A stretch of 64,000 bases of DNA from Andalucia godoyi And28 (GCA_009859145.1 VRVR01000009.1:148253-212252), one strand, 5' to 3'; positions 52,179-63,933 are shown, numbered from the stretch's first letter. Numbers and translations: made by a program. Notes: generated by a model not told the origin, from the letters alone.

Positions 52179-53021
52179 ATGTTCCGTCGTTTTCTGTCCT
52201 CGGCGTCGTCCGATGCGTTCCATTCGACGAGGGTCGACCGTCGAGTGCGGTCTGTAGCGCGTCACTATGGGATCTTTGATGATGTGGTACCGTGCTTTAC
52301 TCCGTCGTTCGCAATGGAAGTGTCTTTTGGGCAAGGCTCTTCGGCGTCGTCGCCGTCTTCTGTGCGTTACGGAAACCGGCTGGACGACACTGTGCTTTCG
52401 AGCAAGCCGTCGGCAGTGAGCCTGCATGGAGATTGCGATGTAGTTCTTGCATTGGATGCTGGCCCGGCAACTCTTGGAAAGTCATTTTCGTATGCTTCCG
52501 CCGGAGATGTCGTAAATGCAAGTCCAATGCTGAAGCGGATTATCAAGGCGGGTGGAATTCACTACTCTGCGCATGTTGCATCGACGGTTTTCAATGCGTC
52601 GTTGGAGAAGTCAAAGCTTCTGGAGGAAGGAAAGCATCTGAGGCTGTTGTGGGGCGTGCTTGCGAATGACTCAAAGGACGAATTTGCAGAGTACCAAGCA
52701 TTGAAAGTTGTTCCTGCATCTCTTGAAACCCGTAGAGTCGTCTTTGCTGCGTTCAAAGGGAAGCATGAGACTGCGCAGAAGCCGCAACTAAGCAAACTGA
52801 AGGAATTTGCACAGACTATGAGATCACAAGAAAAATTTGATGTTCCTGCGTTTACAAGTGCGTTTGCATTAGAGCCTGTTTCAATTGCGTTTTCGTTGGT
52901 TTCTGCTTCCAAGGACGCGGAAAAGGAGGCCATCGACGAGTTTGCCAGACAGATCCATGAATCGCAGCTTGCATCAAAGCCCCAATCAGGAGGAAAGAGA
53001 CTGAGGTGGATCGATGCGTAA
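52179..53021 (+). CDS. Mitochondrial ribosomal protein mL38-like (degenerate PEBP fold)
   Basis: MFRRFLSS presequence; VARHYGIFDDVV...FTPSFAMEVSF...VRYGNRL resembles the mL38 N-terminus; HLRLLW corresponds to the PEBP HW motif. Confidence 0.65.
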   Translation: MFRRFLSSASSDAFHSTRVDRRVRSVARHYGIFDDVVPCFTPSFAMEVSFGQGSSASSPSSVRYGNRLDDTVLSSKPSAVSLHGDCDVVLALDAGPATLGKSFSYASAGDVVNASPMLKRIIKAGGIHYSAHVASTVFNASLEKSKLLEEGKHLRLLWGVLANDSKDEFAEYQALKVVPASLETRRVVFAAFKGKHETAQKPQLSKLKEFAQTMRSQEKFDVPAFTSAFALEPVSIAFSLVSASKDAEKEAIDEFARQIHESQLASKPQSGGKRLRWIDA

Positions 53022-53703
53022 GGATCTTCTCATGCTGTTCTGCGTGCGTGTGTGTGTGTGTGTGTATTTGTTACATATGATTAAACAATGAATTATAAAG
53101 CACTGACGTTTGGATTGAGTGGGATTCTGCAACGTCTGTCCGGACGGAATACGCGGCATCGGATGCTCGACCACGTGTTGTGAAAATGGGTCGTCGAGAC
53201 CGATGACGGCGTTGTCATTCTCATGCAGAGGCAGCAGCGACCATGGATTCCAGTACGTGCTCGGAGGCGGCCATCGCGTCGTCCGCCGAGCCAACTGCAG
53301 AGAGTTCAAATTCGGCCATTTCTCTAGGAAAAGCACCCAGCAAGCAGCAGCTGTGCTGCAAACTGTCCAAGAACGTGATAAACCAAGACTCGGCCTGGAC
53401 TGGAGACTATGCAGCGCAGCATGGAGCTCGGTCGCTCCGGAAATCTGAACTGCTGTACGCTGTCCCCAGTGAGTTCGTTGCACGATAGCAGTTGCACTGA
53501 ACTTTCTCTCCTATCCCATTTCGCCATCGAGAAGCCAAGACACTTCTGATCCCACGCATTCTCCAGCCTTCTCTCTCTGGCTCTGTTGGTCTGCTGAAGT
53601 TTTCCAGGAAAAAAGAAAAAAGAAAAAAGAAAAAAGAAAAAAGAAAAAAGAAAAAACCCTGCACTGCATCTAGGCTTCTTAGATTAGCGACTAGGATTCC
53701 ACG

Positions 53704-56700
53704 ATGGACTTACTCAAAGAGTTTACGCTCTGCATTTCAAACAGTCATACAGCGCTTGATCCGGCGCCTGAAACGCCGCATTTTGCTGTTTTCAAGTCTG
53801 TTGTCGACTCGCTGCATGGTTCACGTTCGCTCGAATCTCTCGCTGCATGCCTGGAATCGATTGCATTGTTCGTCAAAACGACGGATTCCGTGAGTGAAAA
53901 GTCTCGAGGACTATCTCTTTTGCATGATTTTCTAAAATCACACATGGATCTGCAGTTTGAGGCATTTGCAGCCAACCAGGACACGATTGCTGCAGCAGTC
54001 TTGCAGAGCATTCTCAATGCATCATCATACGTGTCTTCATCGCTGCGCGCCGAATCCGTCAAGGTTGTGGCCGATTTTATGGAAGCGAGGTTAGCTGCGG
54101 TGCACAATATAGCTGTTCAGGAATGGGCTGGAATCACGGACTTCGTCTCTCTGGTGGGCTTGCTCCGTGCTCTGGATCATTTCGCGACCGTGTCTCCACA
54201 GCATCTGGACTTGGGCATCAAGCCAATTGCAGACATTGTATTGCAGATTGTTTTACAGCTCGATTCAAAGATAGTTGCGCAATCTGTCGGCACTGCGAGT
54301 ACGACCGGCACTAAAGCCGCGCCATCTCCAGCCTTCGCTGAAGAGGAAACCACTACACCGAAGACTGCCAGCAGCAGCACCCGAAAGCCGAAAGCTGCGG
54401 GTCGTAGCACCACCACAGGCATTCGGAATAAGGGCCTTGGAGACGAAAAACGAGCGGGCTCTTCTCTGTCACCCAATCAGGGTTCCCTTCCTGCTGGCGC
54501 AGATTCATCTCGTAGAGCACGCTCCTCTGAGAACGTGCGTGAAGCAACAACTCCAGAACCCGTCGACGTTTCAAAGCAAACGTCTGTGTCGCCGGATGCT
54601 GCAAATATGTCGAGCATCCCGACGTCTGCATCGTCAACTACGTTGCTGGAGAAGCTGACGAATCCAAAGTTCAAGCATTTCGCGACGCTCTTGTCTGATG
54701 CACGGATTCATTCTTTTGGAATATTGGCTGCTGTTGCCCGCGCAATTGGAGACGAAAAGATGCTCGACCCTGTCCGCCCGCTAACTGCAAAGTACATGAC
54801 GGAAGACTATGCTCGAAAGGCTTGCGGATTTGTTGGAGAATTCTCCAAATCCAAGTTTGATTCCTCGAAGCGTTACATCAATCTGACGGCCCGCAGTATT
54901 ACATTGTCTGTAGTGCACGCGGCCTTGAAATCTGCCGAGAAGAATGAGTTTTTCTTCTCCATCCGCGAGTATTTGTTCGGCTTGATCCTCCCATCTCGCT
55001 GCCCATCGTTCCTGAAAAACAACATTCCCACTTCTGGTGGAAGCTATTTGCTGAGGCATTGCATTGAAAGCTTGTCCTTGCTCTACTCCATTGCTGAGAA
55101 TCAAAATGCTTCAAAAGCGATTGATGTGCTCTTCCATTTCCTGACGGATGCCGGCTCCTTTTTGATCAATCATTCGCAGGAGTATCTGTTGCGGGATGCT
55201 GCGTTGGATTGCATGGCACAGTTATGCCGCAGAGAGGTGGGCAGAACAGGCTCCACGGCGTCGATCAGCCATTTGCTGGGCGATTTCAATATCTTATTGC
55301 AAGGCATGACGTCGAGTCTCAATTCGGCGCTGAAGATTGGTGCGGACTCGATGACTGTGGAGTCTGAGAATGGTAGATTGACGAACCTCATTTTAGCGCT
55401 CGGTCGGGTTGGCACGTTCTGTCAAGAAGTCGCATTCGTTGATCTCGTCATCCCGTCACTCATCGATACGTTTTCTCTGTTACCGTACCCGAACCCAATC
55501 TACTTGATTGTTTGGGAGCAGCTGGTGGACCTTGCTTCTTCGAGAGTCGGGTCCAACTCTTTTCGTGAAGTTATTGATCTTCTCTTCTCAATTTTCGAAA
55601 AGTTTGAAGAATCCAATGCCGAAGCACTGAGCAGTTTGTTTGCTTGCTTGCTTAGTCTTGCAAAGCGAATTTCAAATCCAGATAATGCCTGGATGTTGTT
55701 CTTGCGGACACTTAAGCACACACATCGCCTGGCTTTTCTTGCGTTCGGAAAGGAGTCCGATGCGTTTGCGTCCAGGAGCGGACTGATTCGCCAGTTTGGC
55801 GATTTTCTCCCAGCAATCTCTGTCTTATTGGATCGGAGCAGCATTCGAGATCATTTGGAGGTTGATGAACCGAGCATGAAACTTTTCCGCCGGTTCTGGT
55901 TCTATTTTGTCCTCTCAGGGTTCGGCAGCAGTGGTTCTTGGATCGACGAGTGGCGTGATGCGCTTGTCAACATTCCTGCCAAATCACCGCCTCTGGCCTT
56001 GAGAAATGCCTATAATTACGTGGAAGTTGAGGCAGAAATCAATGCACTCGTCCGCGGGAAGCCGGACGCGTCTCTTCAAGAACGATTGAGACTTGAGGTT
56101 GCTGCCTTGCATTCGACTTGCCGAACCGTGGCATCCAAGCTCTCCTTTGCAGACTGTCTTTATCTCCTGTCCGTTTATCATTTGGAGCGAATCAGGACGA
56201 TGTCGGTCCGAAACTATCGGGTTTTGGTGTACCTCGAAGATATTTCTCTTACCGAGAAGGGCGACCTATATCGTTGTTTTGAAGTTATCTGTGATACGCT
56301 GTTTACTGGACTGTTGGAAATTCTTACGGATGCAGAAGCGTCGTTATTGGCACAGCTCTTCATTTTGAATTTTTGCCACAGCATGCGCAATGTGCGGAGA
56401 CTATCAAGAAATTTGTTGGTTCAGCTTTCCCGAAAGTACGCCAGCGTTCTGTGGAACGTGGAGTGCGTCGGAGTCATGCTCTCGCTGCTGCAGTTGGTCG
56501 CAGACGCGGTGGACAACAACGATGCAGGCCCGTTGTCGTACAACGCGCGCTCTCTTAATATGACCGTCAACATCTCAGAATCTGTCCTGGAGCGGAAAGA
56601 CTTGCTTGAGCGGTTGTCCACTCTAGCCTTGCGCTGGATTTCTTCTGCAGCGACTCTGGCCCCGCTGTCCATTCAGAACGTTGTCGATTCTTACTTGCTG

Positions 56701-59700
56701 CGCTGTTCTGATTTTTCGACGGTGACGTCCACCGCTGCGTTTTCAGTGGCTTTACGAGCATTGGACCGTCGGCCCGCATCGACTGGCTCGCCGCAAAACC
56801 AAGTGCTCGATGCCCCTGCATCTCCAACGCACGAGGACGCAATTGGTAGGCAGCGCATTCAGTCGCTCTTTTCAAAGATGCATTTATCTGGCGAGTTCCT
56901 TCACTCGTTGGATTTGAGCCAAGGGACGTACTACCGCGAATCGATTTTGCCGAACATTCGTCAATGTTTGATCGGTGCCACTAGCCCATACCAATTGGGT
57001 GCTGCCATCAATCGAGCAGCTTCCTACATCATGAATGTCCAGTTAGATTGGGAGCTTTTGAAGTTGATGACGGTTCGTGTTTTCAACATGCCATGTGCAG
57101 AAGTCGCCAAGTCTGCAGTGGTTGCGTGGGGCTGGTTGCTGACGAGCGCAAATGGTGACCTTGAAGGAGGACTGCTGGGGACAATGTTGCTTTGTTGGGA
57201 AAATTCGATCGCCAATCGAGTTGGACTATTTGGACCATCACAGCCGAGCTCGGAGTTGACGTTCCACGATCGATTCGTGAACTTTGTGTACGAGAGGTTT
57301 ATTGTTGCCGCCGAAAAAGATGAGGAATTCTGCCGTCTGTTCTTCCATTTTGTATCCGTATCCCTCGCGGATGAGGTCATTGAAAACATGTGCACGAAAG
57401 TGTACTCCAGGCCTTGTCGCTTCCGGCTCCTGTCTATGGCGCTGCGAGTCATGCACTCAAAGTTTGTGCAGCAAGGATCGGTTCTGTTGCGTCAAATTAT
57501 TCGCTGTGCTTTGCTGTGGTTCAGAGCGCCTCCTGCATGGCTGGACATCTTGAATGCCGATAATGTTTACGAACAAGCGATGCTCTTGCGCTCTGTCACT
57601 CATCAATTTGAAGTTGAGCAGTCTGTTCTCCGGAAACAATTCGCGAAGACTGTTTCAACGGGAGCCAAGAATGTTTCTGGACGGCAGGTTTTGAGTACAG
57701 ACCAGGATGATGTCCGATCCACTTCGTCCCAGCAAACACGCGCGCTGTCGGCGAGTGGTAGCCTCAAAGAGCAACGTGTTGACACGGCGACGTTGACGTC
57801 CGTGAACACCCTGAGCTTTGCGGAAGGCGAACTGCGCGAATTGATGGGACGTCTGGACGTCGTGATTCTCCTTCTCAGTCATGAGTCGGAACGAATTAAT
57901 GTGTGGTGGAACCCGCAAAGCGAAAAGAACAAGGATCTGAACACTCTCTCCGTTCCTTCGACGTCTGCTGGTGTTACGGTGTCCAGTCCGACAATTGGTG
58001 TCAGCGGTGTTTCTGTGGTGCGCACAACTGCGACGTTTACTCGCGAGTCTTGGCGCTCTCATCTGGAGTATGCGTGGAGTTTGTCGCCGCAAATCGCGTA
58101 CAATCTCTATTCCCGGTTTAGATCCCCTCTTCTGAGGACTGAGCTGGAGGAAATGACCAGACGTTTCGCACCGCAGTTGACTCACGTTTCTGAGGCAGTT
58201 CCGTTTTTGATCATCCAACGTGCAGTGGATGAGGATTATTCTGAATTGACCCTGCTTTCGCACTGGATATCCGTGAGTTTGGAGATTGTGATTCCCATGT
58301 TTTCCGAGTCGTTTATGCAGCACCCAAATGTTCGGCGGTACGTTCTGCGTTGCCTATCGGATAGTTCTCCCGATGACATTGTGTTTTTCCTGCCGCAGAT
58401 TATCCAGTCTTTGAGATACGAAGTCGAGCATGAGGTATCCAATGTTCTGCGACTTCTGGCGAGACGAGATCGGTACTTTTGCCACCAACTGCTGTGGGCT
58501 CTTCGAACGGAAATCCGTGATTCTCCAATGTCTGCGGCTCGCATGGCACGCGACGTGCAGGTGGACATGACGCTCTCGAACATTTGCAAAGCGCTCTTTG
58601 AGTCCATCATCTATGCATTTACGGGGGATGAACTGAGTTTTTATGAAAGTGAGTTTGGATTCTTCGACGATTTAATCCAGATTTCGGGTCGTCTTCGCGA
58701 ATTTGAGAAGCCTCAACGACGGCAAGTGCTACTGGATGAGGTTGCACGTGTTCCCATGCGCCCCAAGATTTACCTTCCCTCCAACCCCAAAGTGCGTGTC
58801 GTCGGTATTCGCAAGGAGAAGTGTATGCCCATGCAGTCCGCTGCCAAGTCACCGATTCTTGTTCCGTTCGAGGTGGTCGAAGAAGGAGAATTGACAAGCA
58901 TTCCTGGTTCGAATGCTGCAGCCGGTTCATTGCCAAGAGACAAGGAGGAATCGAACAACGAGTCGAAAGGCGAAGACGCCCTTGTGCGTAGCCAGGGTGC
59001 GGCGTCTTCGACAATCAAGGCGTGTATCCTGAAAATGGGTGATGATTGCCGGCAAGACCAGCTTGCGCTTCAGATCATTTCGCTGTTCAAGCGGATCTTT
59101 GATGACGCCGGCCTTCCATTGTACCTGTTCCCGTACCGAGTAATTACTGTCGCCCACGGTTGCGGAATTATCGAATGTGTGCCCAATACTACATCTCGCG
59201 ACCAACTTGGCCACCAAGTGGAAGGATCGCTTTACGATTACTTTGTTCAAAAGCATGGTCACAAGGATTCCATTGCGTTCCAACGAGCCCGCCGGAATTT
59301 TGTGCAGTCAATGGCCGCGTATTCTGTGATTTCGTTCATTCTGAATATCAAGGATCGTCACAACGGCAACATTCTCATTTCTGAAGAAGGCCATGTAATC
59401 CACATCGATTTTGGCTTCATTTATGACATCTCTCCCGGCGGGGACATCAATTTCGAATCGTCTCCGTTCAAACTGACGACAGAAATGGTTGCAGTTCTCG
59501 GGATGGGGATCGAAGAAAAGAAGAAGAGAGTGTACTCGGAACCGTACTCCGACTTTGTTGATGGCGTGATCCGTGGTTTCCTTTCGGCACGTCGACACAT
59601 GGACATCTTTGTTGCTCTCACAGCACTCATGCTGAACTCGGGCCTTCCTTGTTTCAAACCGGACACTATGAAAAACTTGCGAGCACGTTTTGCACCCGAG

Positions 59701-59817
59701 CTGAGCGAGCGTGATGCAGCCATGTTCATGGCCAACAAGGTCGATGAATCGTTTGAGAACATTCGTACTGTTCTCTACGATCAGTTCCAGCGTCTCGCAG
59801 AAGGTATCCAGTGCTAG
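53704..59817 (+). CDS. PI4KA: Phosphatidylinositol 4-kinase type III alpha (Stt4)
   Basis: FFLPQIIQSLRY PIK domain, PMQSAAKSPILVPF, KMGDDCRQDQLALQII, IKDRHNGNIL, HIDFGF, FESSPFKLTTEM and C-terminal LYDQFQRLAEGI. Confidence 0.97.
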   Translation: MDLLKEFTLCISNSHTALDPAPETPHFAVFKSVVDSLHGSRSLESLAACLESIALFVKTTDSVSEKSRGLSLLHDFLKSHMDLQFEAFAANQDTIAAAVLQSILNASSYVSSSLRAESVKVVADFMEARLAAVHNIAVQEWAGITDFVSLVGLLRALDHFATVSPQHLDLGIKPIADIVLQIVLQLDSKIVAQSVGTASTTGTKAAPSPAFAEEETTTPKTASSSTRKPKAAGRSTTTGIRNKGLGDEKRAGSSLSPNQGSLPAGADSSRRARSSENVREATTPEPVDVSKQTSVSPDAANMSSIPTSASSTTLLEKLTNPKFKHFATLLSDARIHSFGILAAVARAIGDEKMLDPVRPLTAKYMTEDYARKACGFVGEFSKSKFDSSKRYINLTARSITLSVVHAALKSAEKNEFFFSIREYLFGLILPSRCPSFLKNNIPTSGGSYLLRHCIESLSLLYSIAENQNASKAIDVLFHFLTDAGSFLINHSQEYLLRDAALDCMAQLCRREVGRTGSTASISHLLGDFNILLQGMTSSLNSALKIGADSMTVESENGRLTNLILALGRVGTFCQEVAFVDLVIPSLIDTFSLLPYPNPIYLIVWEQLVDLASSRVGSNSFREVIDLLFSIFEKFEESNAEALSSLFACLLSLAKRISNPDNAWMLFLRTLKHTHRLAFLAFGKESDAFASRSGLIRQFGDFLPAISVLLDRSSIRDHLEVDEPSMKLFRRFWFYFVLSGFGSSGSWIDEWRDALVNIPAKSPPLALRNAYNYVEVEAEINALVRGKPDASLQERLRLEVAALHSTCRTVASKLSFADCLYLLSVYHLERIRTMSVRNYRVLVYLEDISLTEKGDLYRCFEVICDTLFTGLLEILTDAEASLLAQLFILNFCHSMRNVRRLSRNLLVQLSRKYASVLWNVECVGVMLSLLQLVADAVDNNDAGPLSYNARSLNMTVNISESVLERKDLLERLSTLALRWISSAATLAPLSIQNVVDSYLLRCSDFSTVTSTAAFSVALRALDRRPASTGSPQNQVLDAPASPTHEDAIGRQRIQSLFSKMHLSGEFLHSLDLSQGTYYRESILPNIRQCLIGATSPYQLGAAINRAASYIMNVQLDWELLKLMTVRVFNMPCAEVAKSAVVAWGWLLTSANGDLEGGLLGTMLLCWENSIANRVGLFGPSQPSSELTFHDRFVNFVYERFIVAAEKDEEFCRLFFHFVSVSLADEVIENMCTKVYSRPCRFRLLSMALRVMHSKFVQQGSVLLRQIIRCALLWFRAPPAWLDILNADNVYEQAMLLRSVTHQFEVEQSVLRKQFAKTVSTGAKNVSGRQVLSTDQDDVRSTSSQQTRALSASGSLKEQRVDTATLTSVNTLSFAEGELRELMGRLDVVILLLSHESERINVWWNPQSEKNKDLNTLSVPSTSAGVTVSSPTIGVSGVSVVRTTATFTRESWRSHLEYAWSLSPQIAYNLYSRFRSPLLRTELEEMTRRFAPQLTHVSEAVPFLIIQRAVDEDYSELTLLSHWISVSLEIVIPMFSESFMQHPNVRRYVLRCLSDSSPDDIVFFLPQIIQSLRYEVEHEVSNVLRLLARRDRYFCHQLLWALRTEIRDSPMSAARMARDVQVDMTLSNICKALFESIIYAFTGDELSFYESEFGFFDDLIQISGRLREFEKPQRRQVLLDEVARVPMRPKIYLPSNPKVRVVGIRKEKCMPMQSAAKSPILVPFEVVEEGELTSIPGSNAAAGSLPRDKEESNNESKGEDALVRSQGAASSTIKACILKMGDDCRQDQLALQIISLFKRIFDDAGLPLYLFPYRVITVAHGCGIIECVPNTTSRDQLGHQVEGSLYDYFVQKHGHKDSIAFQRARRNFVQSMAAYSVISFILNIKDRHNGNILISEEGHVIHIDFGFIYDISPGGDINFESSPFKLTTEMVAVLGMGIEEKKKRVYSEPYSDFVDGVIRGFLSARRHMDIFVALTALMLNSGLPCFKPDTMKNLRARFAPELSERDAAMFMANKVDESFENIRTVLYDQFQRLAEGIQC

Positions 59818-60103
59818 GGAAAACGCTTTTTTTTTTTAATAATTAAATTCAAATACAAACATAAAATAATCATTATCATGACTAATTGCATGTCAATGAG
59901 TGTTCGTTGGCGACGGAAATACTGCTGATTTCCATCAAGACAGTAGCGACAACGACTGCGACGAAGAGGGCGGTGCCCGAGGAACACCAATTCAACTTGC
60001 ACGCGTTTTCCTGGCAAGCAATAAAAACGCAGTACGCATAATAAGAAGGGGAAAAAAAGGAGAGCAAGGGAGGGAAGAAAATATTCACACGCCCAGTCTA
60101 CAT

Positions 60104-61240
60104 TCAAGACGTGGTCGCCGGACGATCTGCACCTGAGATAATGTCGAACTGCCTGCCTCGGTGAATCTGATATGCGATTCTTTCCGATCGAAGCGTACCT
60201 GCAGGTCTGTATTCCACTCCAGTTCCAAGAAGGACATTCGTTCCCGTCATCCTTTCCGGGAAGCTTCGTTTTCCCGCCGTCCGTGACAGCCGATGTTGTC
60301 CTTGTTCGGTCCCATCCAGCGAGTCTACCAAGCACGCACTGACCAGGTCCGGCTTCACCACCCGGGAGGCCACAGCGAATTCCAGCCTTTCCTCCTTCCC
60401 AAGCAGCCGTTGTGCCCGGCTTCCATACACCGAGCTACTCGGGTCCGTCGCATCCTCTGAGCCCAAGACGCCTCTCGGATACTGCGTCTCCATAATCTTT
60501 TGCAGCCGTTTCTTCTCTGCAAATGCCTTTCCAATCGCCTTTCGCGCCGCCGACGCCAGCACTTCCTCCTCTAAAATCTCTCTCCTGCGAGACGGACACA
60601 ACAGGTACTTGTCCCCGTCCTTTACAAAATCTGCGGAAACGCTCTTGACAGCAGAAGGCTGCACCGCACCGCAACGAAACGCACTTGGAGTCTTTAGGAA
60701 TGCAGTTTCGCCCTGCGTCTGCGTCTGCGTCTGCGTCTTGTCAACACTATTTGCGACACCCTCCAGAGCATGTTCACTTCCAAACTCCACAACAAGTCTA
60801 CTTTTCCATATTTCCTCTGCAGACAACCTGTGGTCGCTTCCAAACAGCGTCGGTTCTGACCGCCGTTGGTGGGCCGGGTAGTCCCCAATCGACGCAACCA
60901 GATTCGACGATCGCAAGCCCTTGATGTCCGAGTTCAGAGGCACCGTCCGGACAACATGTTGTGAATAAGGAGCATTCATCGTGGAGCGTATCTGCCGCTC
61001 AGAAATCTCAAGCGGACGAAGCGAATCCGGTCCACTCAGCCGAAGAGATATTGGCACCGCACTCACTGTGTTCACGATATGCGGTCGATCAAGAAACTTG
61101 TCCAAACTCTTGGCTTGCTTCGCTCTGTTCTGCGTCATCTTCATGCTCAAAACCCTCACTCCAAAATCACCAAAACTCCAACAAACACCCACACGCCCAC
61201 TTTCCTCTTTCCCTTTCCCTTTTCTCACACTACTCTGCAC
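60104..61240 (-). CDS. Hypothetical protein; true start may be near 61144
   Basis: 378-aa ORF with coding-like composition; no family recognised. Confidence 0.65.
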   Translation of the reverse strand: MQSSVRKGKGKEESGRVGVCWSFGDFGVRVLSMKMTQNRAKQAKSLDKFLDRPHIVNTVSAVPISLRLSGPDSLRPLEISERQIRSTMNAPYSQHVVRTVPLNSDIKGLRSSNLVASIGDYPAHQRRSEPTLFGSDHRLSAEEIWKSRLVVEFGSEHALEGVANSVDKTQTQTQTQGETAFLKTPSAFRCGAVQPSAVKSVSADFVKDGDKYLLCPSRRREILEEEVLASAARKAIGKAFAEKKRLQKIMETQYPRGVLGSEDATDPSSSVYGSRAQRLLGKEERLEFAVASRVVKPDLVSACLVDSLDGTEQGQHRLSRTAGKRSFPERMTGTNVLLGTGVEYRPAGTLRSERIAYQIHRGRQFDIISGADRPATTS

Positions 61241-61685
61241 GTCAAAAAATAATAATAAATGACTTGACTAATTAAATATTATTGAAGAAAAAACCAATAT
61301 AATCATCATCATAGCAACCAAAAATACAACAACAACAACGACAAAAAACAAGAGAGAAGTAAAGAAAAGGAATAGACTCGTTTGGGAATAGGAAAAGTAA
61401 AACTCGTTGGGATTTGCAATGAAGCACCGGCCTTTTCAGCGTGGAAAGCAACCACCACCAAAATGAGACTACGACAGCTGGGTAGCATCAAGGAGGATTG
61501 GCAAAGGAACGATGAAAAGAGTCTGCTGGAGGCTTTGGTTTTCTGTGGATCGTCACGGACTTTTTGGGAGAGACCAAACCGAGTTTTTGAGTAAATTAGA
61601 GCAGACAAAGACAGGAGACAGAGGCAAAGACAAAGACAAAGACAAAGACAAAAACAAGAGACAAGAGAGGGAGAAGAAAAGACAA

Positions 61686-62214
61686 ATGGCGTTTACATTG
61701 CTTCATCTGTTTCAATCTGTGCTGCTTTTCGCGAATGCAGTCGTCATTCTACACGAAGGACGATTCCTAAAGAAATGCATGTTTTCTTTTCTCCCCCTTA
61801 TTCGTTTATTCTTTTTGCGTGTAACGTTGACGAATTTGCTCACCGTGTTTCTTTCTCCTATTTCTTTTCTCTCGATACTTCTTGTTCTTTCTGTTGCCGG
61901 TCATGTGTAGTTGGTCTTCATTATGCTGCGGATCGGTATCCGGGTGAAAATCCCGCAAAACAGCAAATAAGAAACTTCATTCATGCGTGCAGACTTTTGC
62001 TTCGAAGTATGTGTTGTTCGTTTGTTAGTTGTGTTTTTCCATATGGTTTTGTGTTTTGCTTTTATACATGAGCGTTTTGTTGCAGTTCTCTGACAAGTCC
62101 GGTTTTGTTGTTTTTATTTTTTTTGAGATAATATCATATTTAATTGATGAATAAGTAGTTCCGCTGATTGGAATCAACATTATCTGCATCATCTTTCTCA
62201 TTCTGTTTGGCTGA
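61686..62214 (+). CDS. YOS1: Yos1/IER3IP1 ER-Golgi membrane protein; exons 61686-61776, 61911-62006, 62159-62214
   Basis: The spliced product is an 80-aa protein, MAFTLLHLFQSVLLFANAVVILHEGRFLKKFGL...KQQIRNFIHACRLLLRIPLIGINIICIIFLILFG, a close match to the Yos1 pattern. Confidence 0.9.
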
Positions 62215-62225
62215 CACGCACGCAC

Positions 62226-62258
<33 letters not shown>

Positions 62259-62426
62259 TGGAGAGAAAGAAAGAAGGAAAGAAGGAGAGAGAGAGAGAGA
62301 GAGAGGCGTATTGCTCTTTGAAAGAAAGTGTCCTTTTATAACAATTTGTAAATACTGAAAGAATGTCATCGATGTGTGAGTGAGTGAGTGAGTGAGCGAG
62401 TGAGTGTATGGCAACATGTACGGGGT

Positions 62427-63901
62427 TTATGTAATATACACCTTTCGGCATTCGGCAAACGGAGTGCTGAGACCAGTTCGTCGATCAAAGACGGCGGTTG
62501 TTCGCGGATCCATCAGCGATTCTCGGATTGCAGAAGCAGAGTACACAGAGCCGCCAGGCATCACTGCGATTGGAAGGTTGTCTTCGTCCATAACAGACTG
62601 GTTTTCTCGGCAGATCAGAATCGAGTGGTCGAATCGTGGACAAGGAAACTGCGCAGAGACGCTCTTAAACGACGCTGAGCATATCGGACATCGAGAAGAA
62701 TCGCAAGACGCATCTCCACATTTTCTGCATACGTCCGTACATACATCCACAAACAGTAAGTAAACAACCCTGTTCATAACATAGAGAATAAGAGAGAATG
62801 AAAAAGAGAACAAAAAAGGAGACAGAATTGAAAAACATACGGAGTTTTTAGACCACAGATGCCAGAGGCGAGAACCATGTTGAATGCCGAGGAAGGCGAA
62901 AGTGAGAGTAGTGAGCAATGATCTTCTTCGAACAACTTGACGAGCGTGTCCCACCGGTCTGCGCTCAAAAGCGCCTGGTACTCTCCAACGAACGCCGTAG
63001 CATCCGAGAATGCAGCATTTCTCATCAATTTTGCAAACACCAACAGCCCCATTGCAGACTGGATGAGGTGCAGATCGACATCAACAAACTGGGGAAAGTA
63101 CTCCTTTGCATGAGCCACGGCTGCAGAGACCTGCGCCTTCCTGACCAACTCAATAAACTGTTGCATACGAAGCTCCAATTCCAGCCGTGAATGGATGGAC
63201 CGTAGCCGAACCCTGTTTTCTGCGCACCACTCCAGCGCCGAAGCACAATCTCCGGCGCGCAAATCCTCCAAAACATGCTTGAGAGATGCAAACACATCGA
63301 GATCCACCAGCTGTGTAATCGCCGCATCCTGCGCCAGCTGACGCGCAGTCTCATAGTACCCTTGTCGCAGAAGATGATCCGAAAGCAGCCTATTTACTCG
63401 GATGCGTACCATGTCGGCTCTTTGAAGCTCAGCCCATTGCAACTGCTGATACTGGCTCGCAGCACGACTGCCACTCGCACCATCACCACCAGTGCTGCCG
63501 CTGCTGCTGTCTTTGCTCTTGCCGCCGTCACCGCCACTGCTGTAGAACAGACGAGGTTTTCCACGAAGAGCGCAAAACTGCGAAAGCTCGCTGAACGTGG
63601 AGTGGATGACCGAGTGCTCGAATCCACGTTTGAGCATCGATACTCGCGCCGAAATGTCAGAGACAACGCGATTTTCGTCTTCGACAGCCGACGAAAACTT
63701 GGAGCGAAGATCTCGGAGTCGCACCAGGATCTTGTCGATCGAAGCAATCGTCGTTTGCTCATTCGTATCTTGCTTCTTCAAAAGCGCATCAAGCGCCTTC
63801 TCCAGCGTCTGAACTTCCTTGTCGAACAGCTTTGACGAATGCCGAGCATCTCGATTCAAATGATCTAAAGGCACTCGGAACAGCGACCGCTCAAAATCCA
63901 T
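62427..63901 (-). CDS. MAEA: GID/CTLH complex subunit MAEA/Fyv10; exon 63901-62841, intron 62840-62725, exon 62724-62427
   Basis: FRVPLDHLNR N-terminus, LisH (NRLLSDHLLRQGYYETA), CTLH/CRA, then LKTPKC...CPICS...VMDEDNLPIAVMPGGSVY...KVYIT after a GTATGT...CAG intron. Confidence 0.92.
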
Positions 63902-63930
63902 CCTTCCCCGCTGTCTGTGTGTCTCTCTCT

Positions 63931-63933
<3 letters not shown>

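Noticed and set aside
12192-63835. Numerous 60-310-aa ORFs overlapping or antisense to the real genes
   Set aside because: They are shadow frames of coding sequence with no independent motifs.
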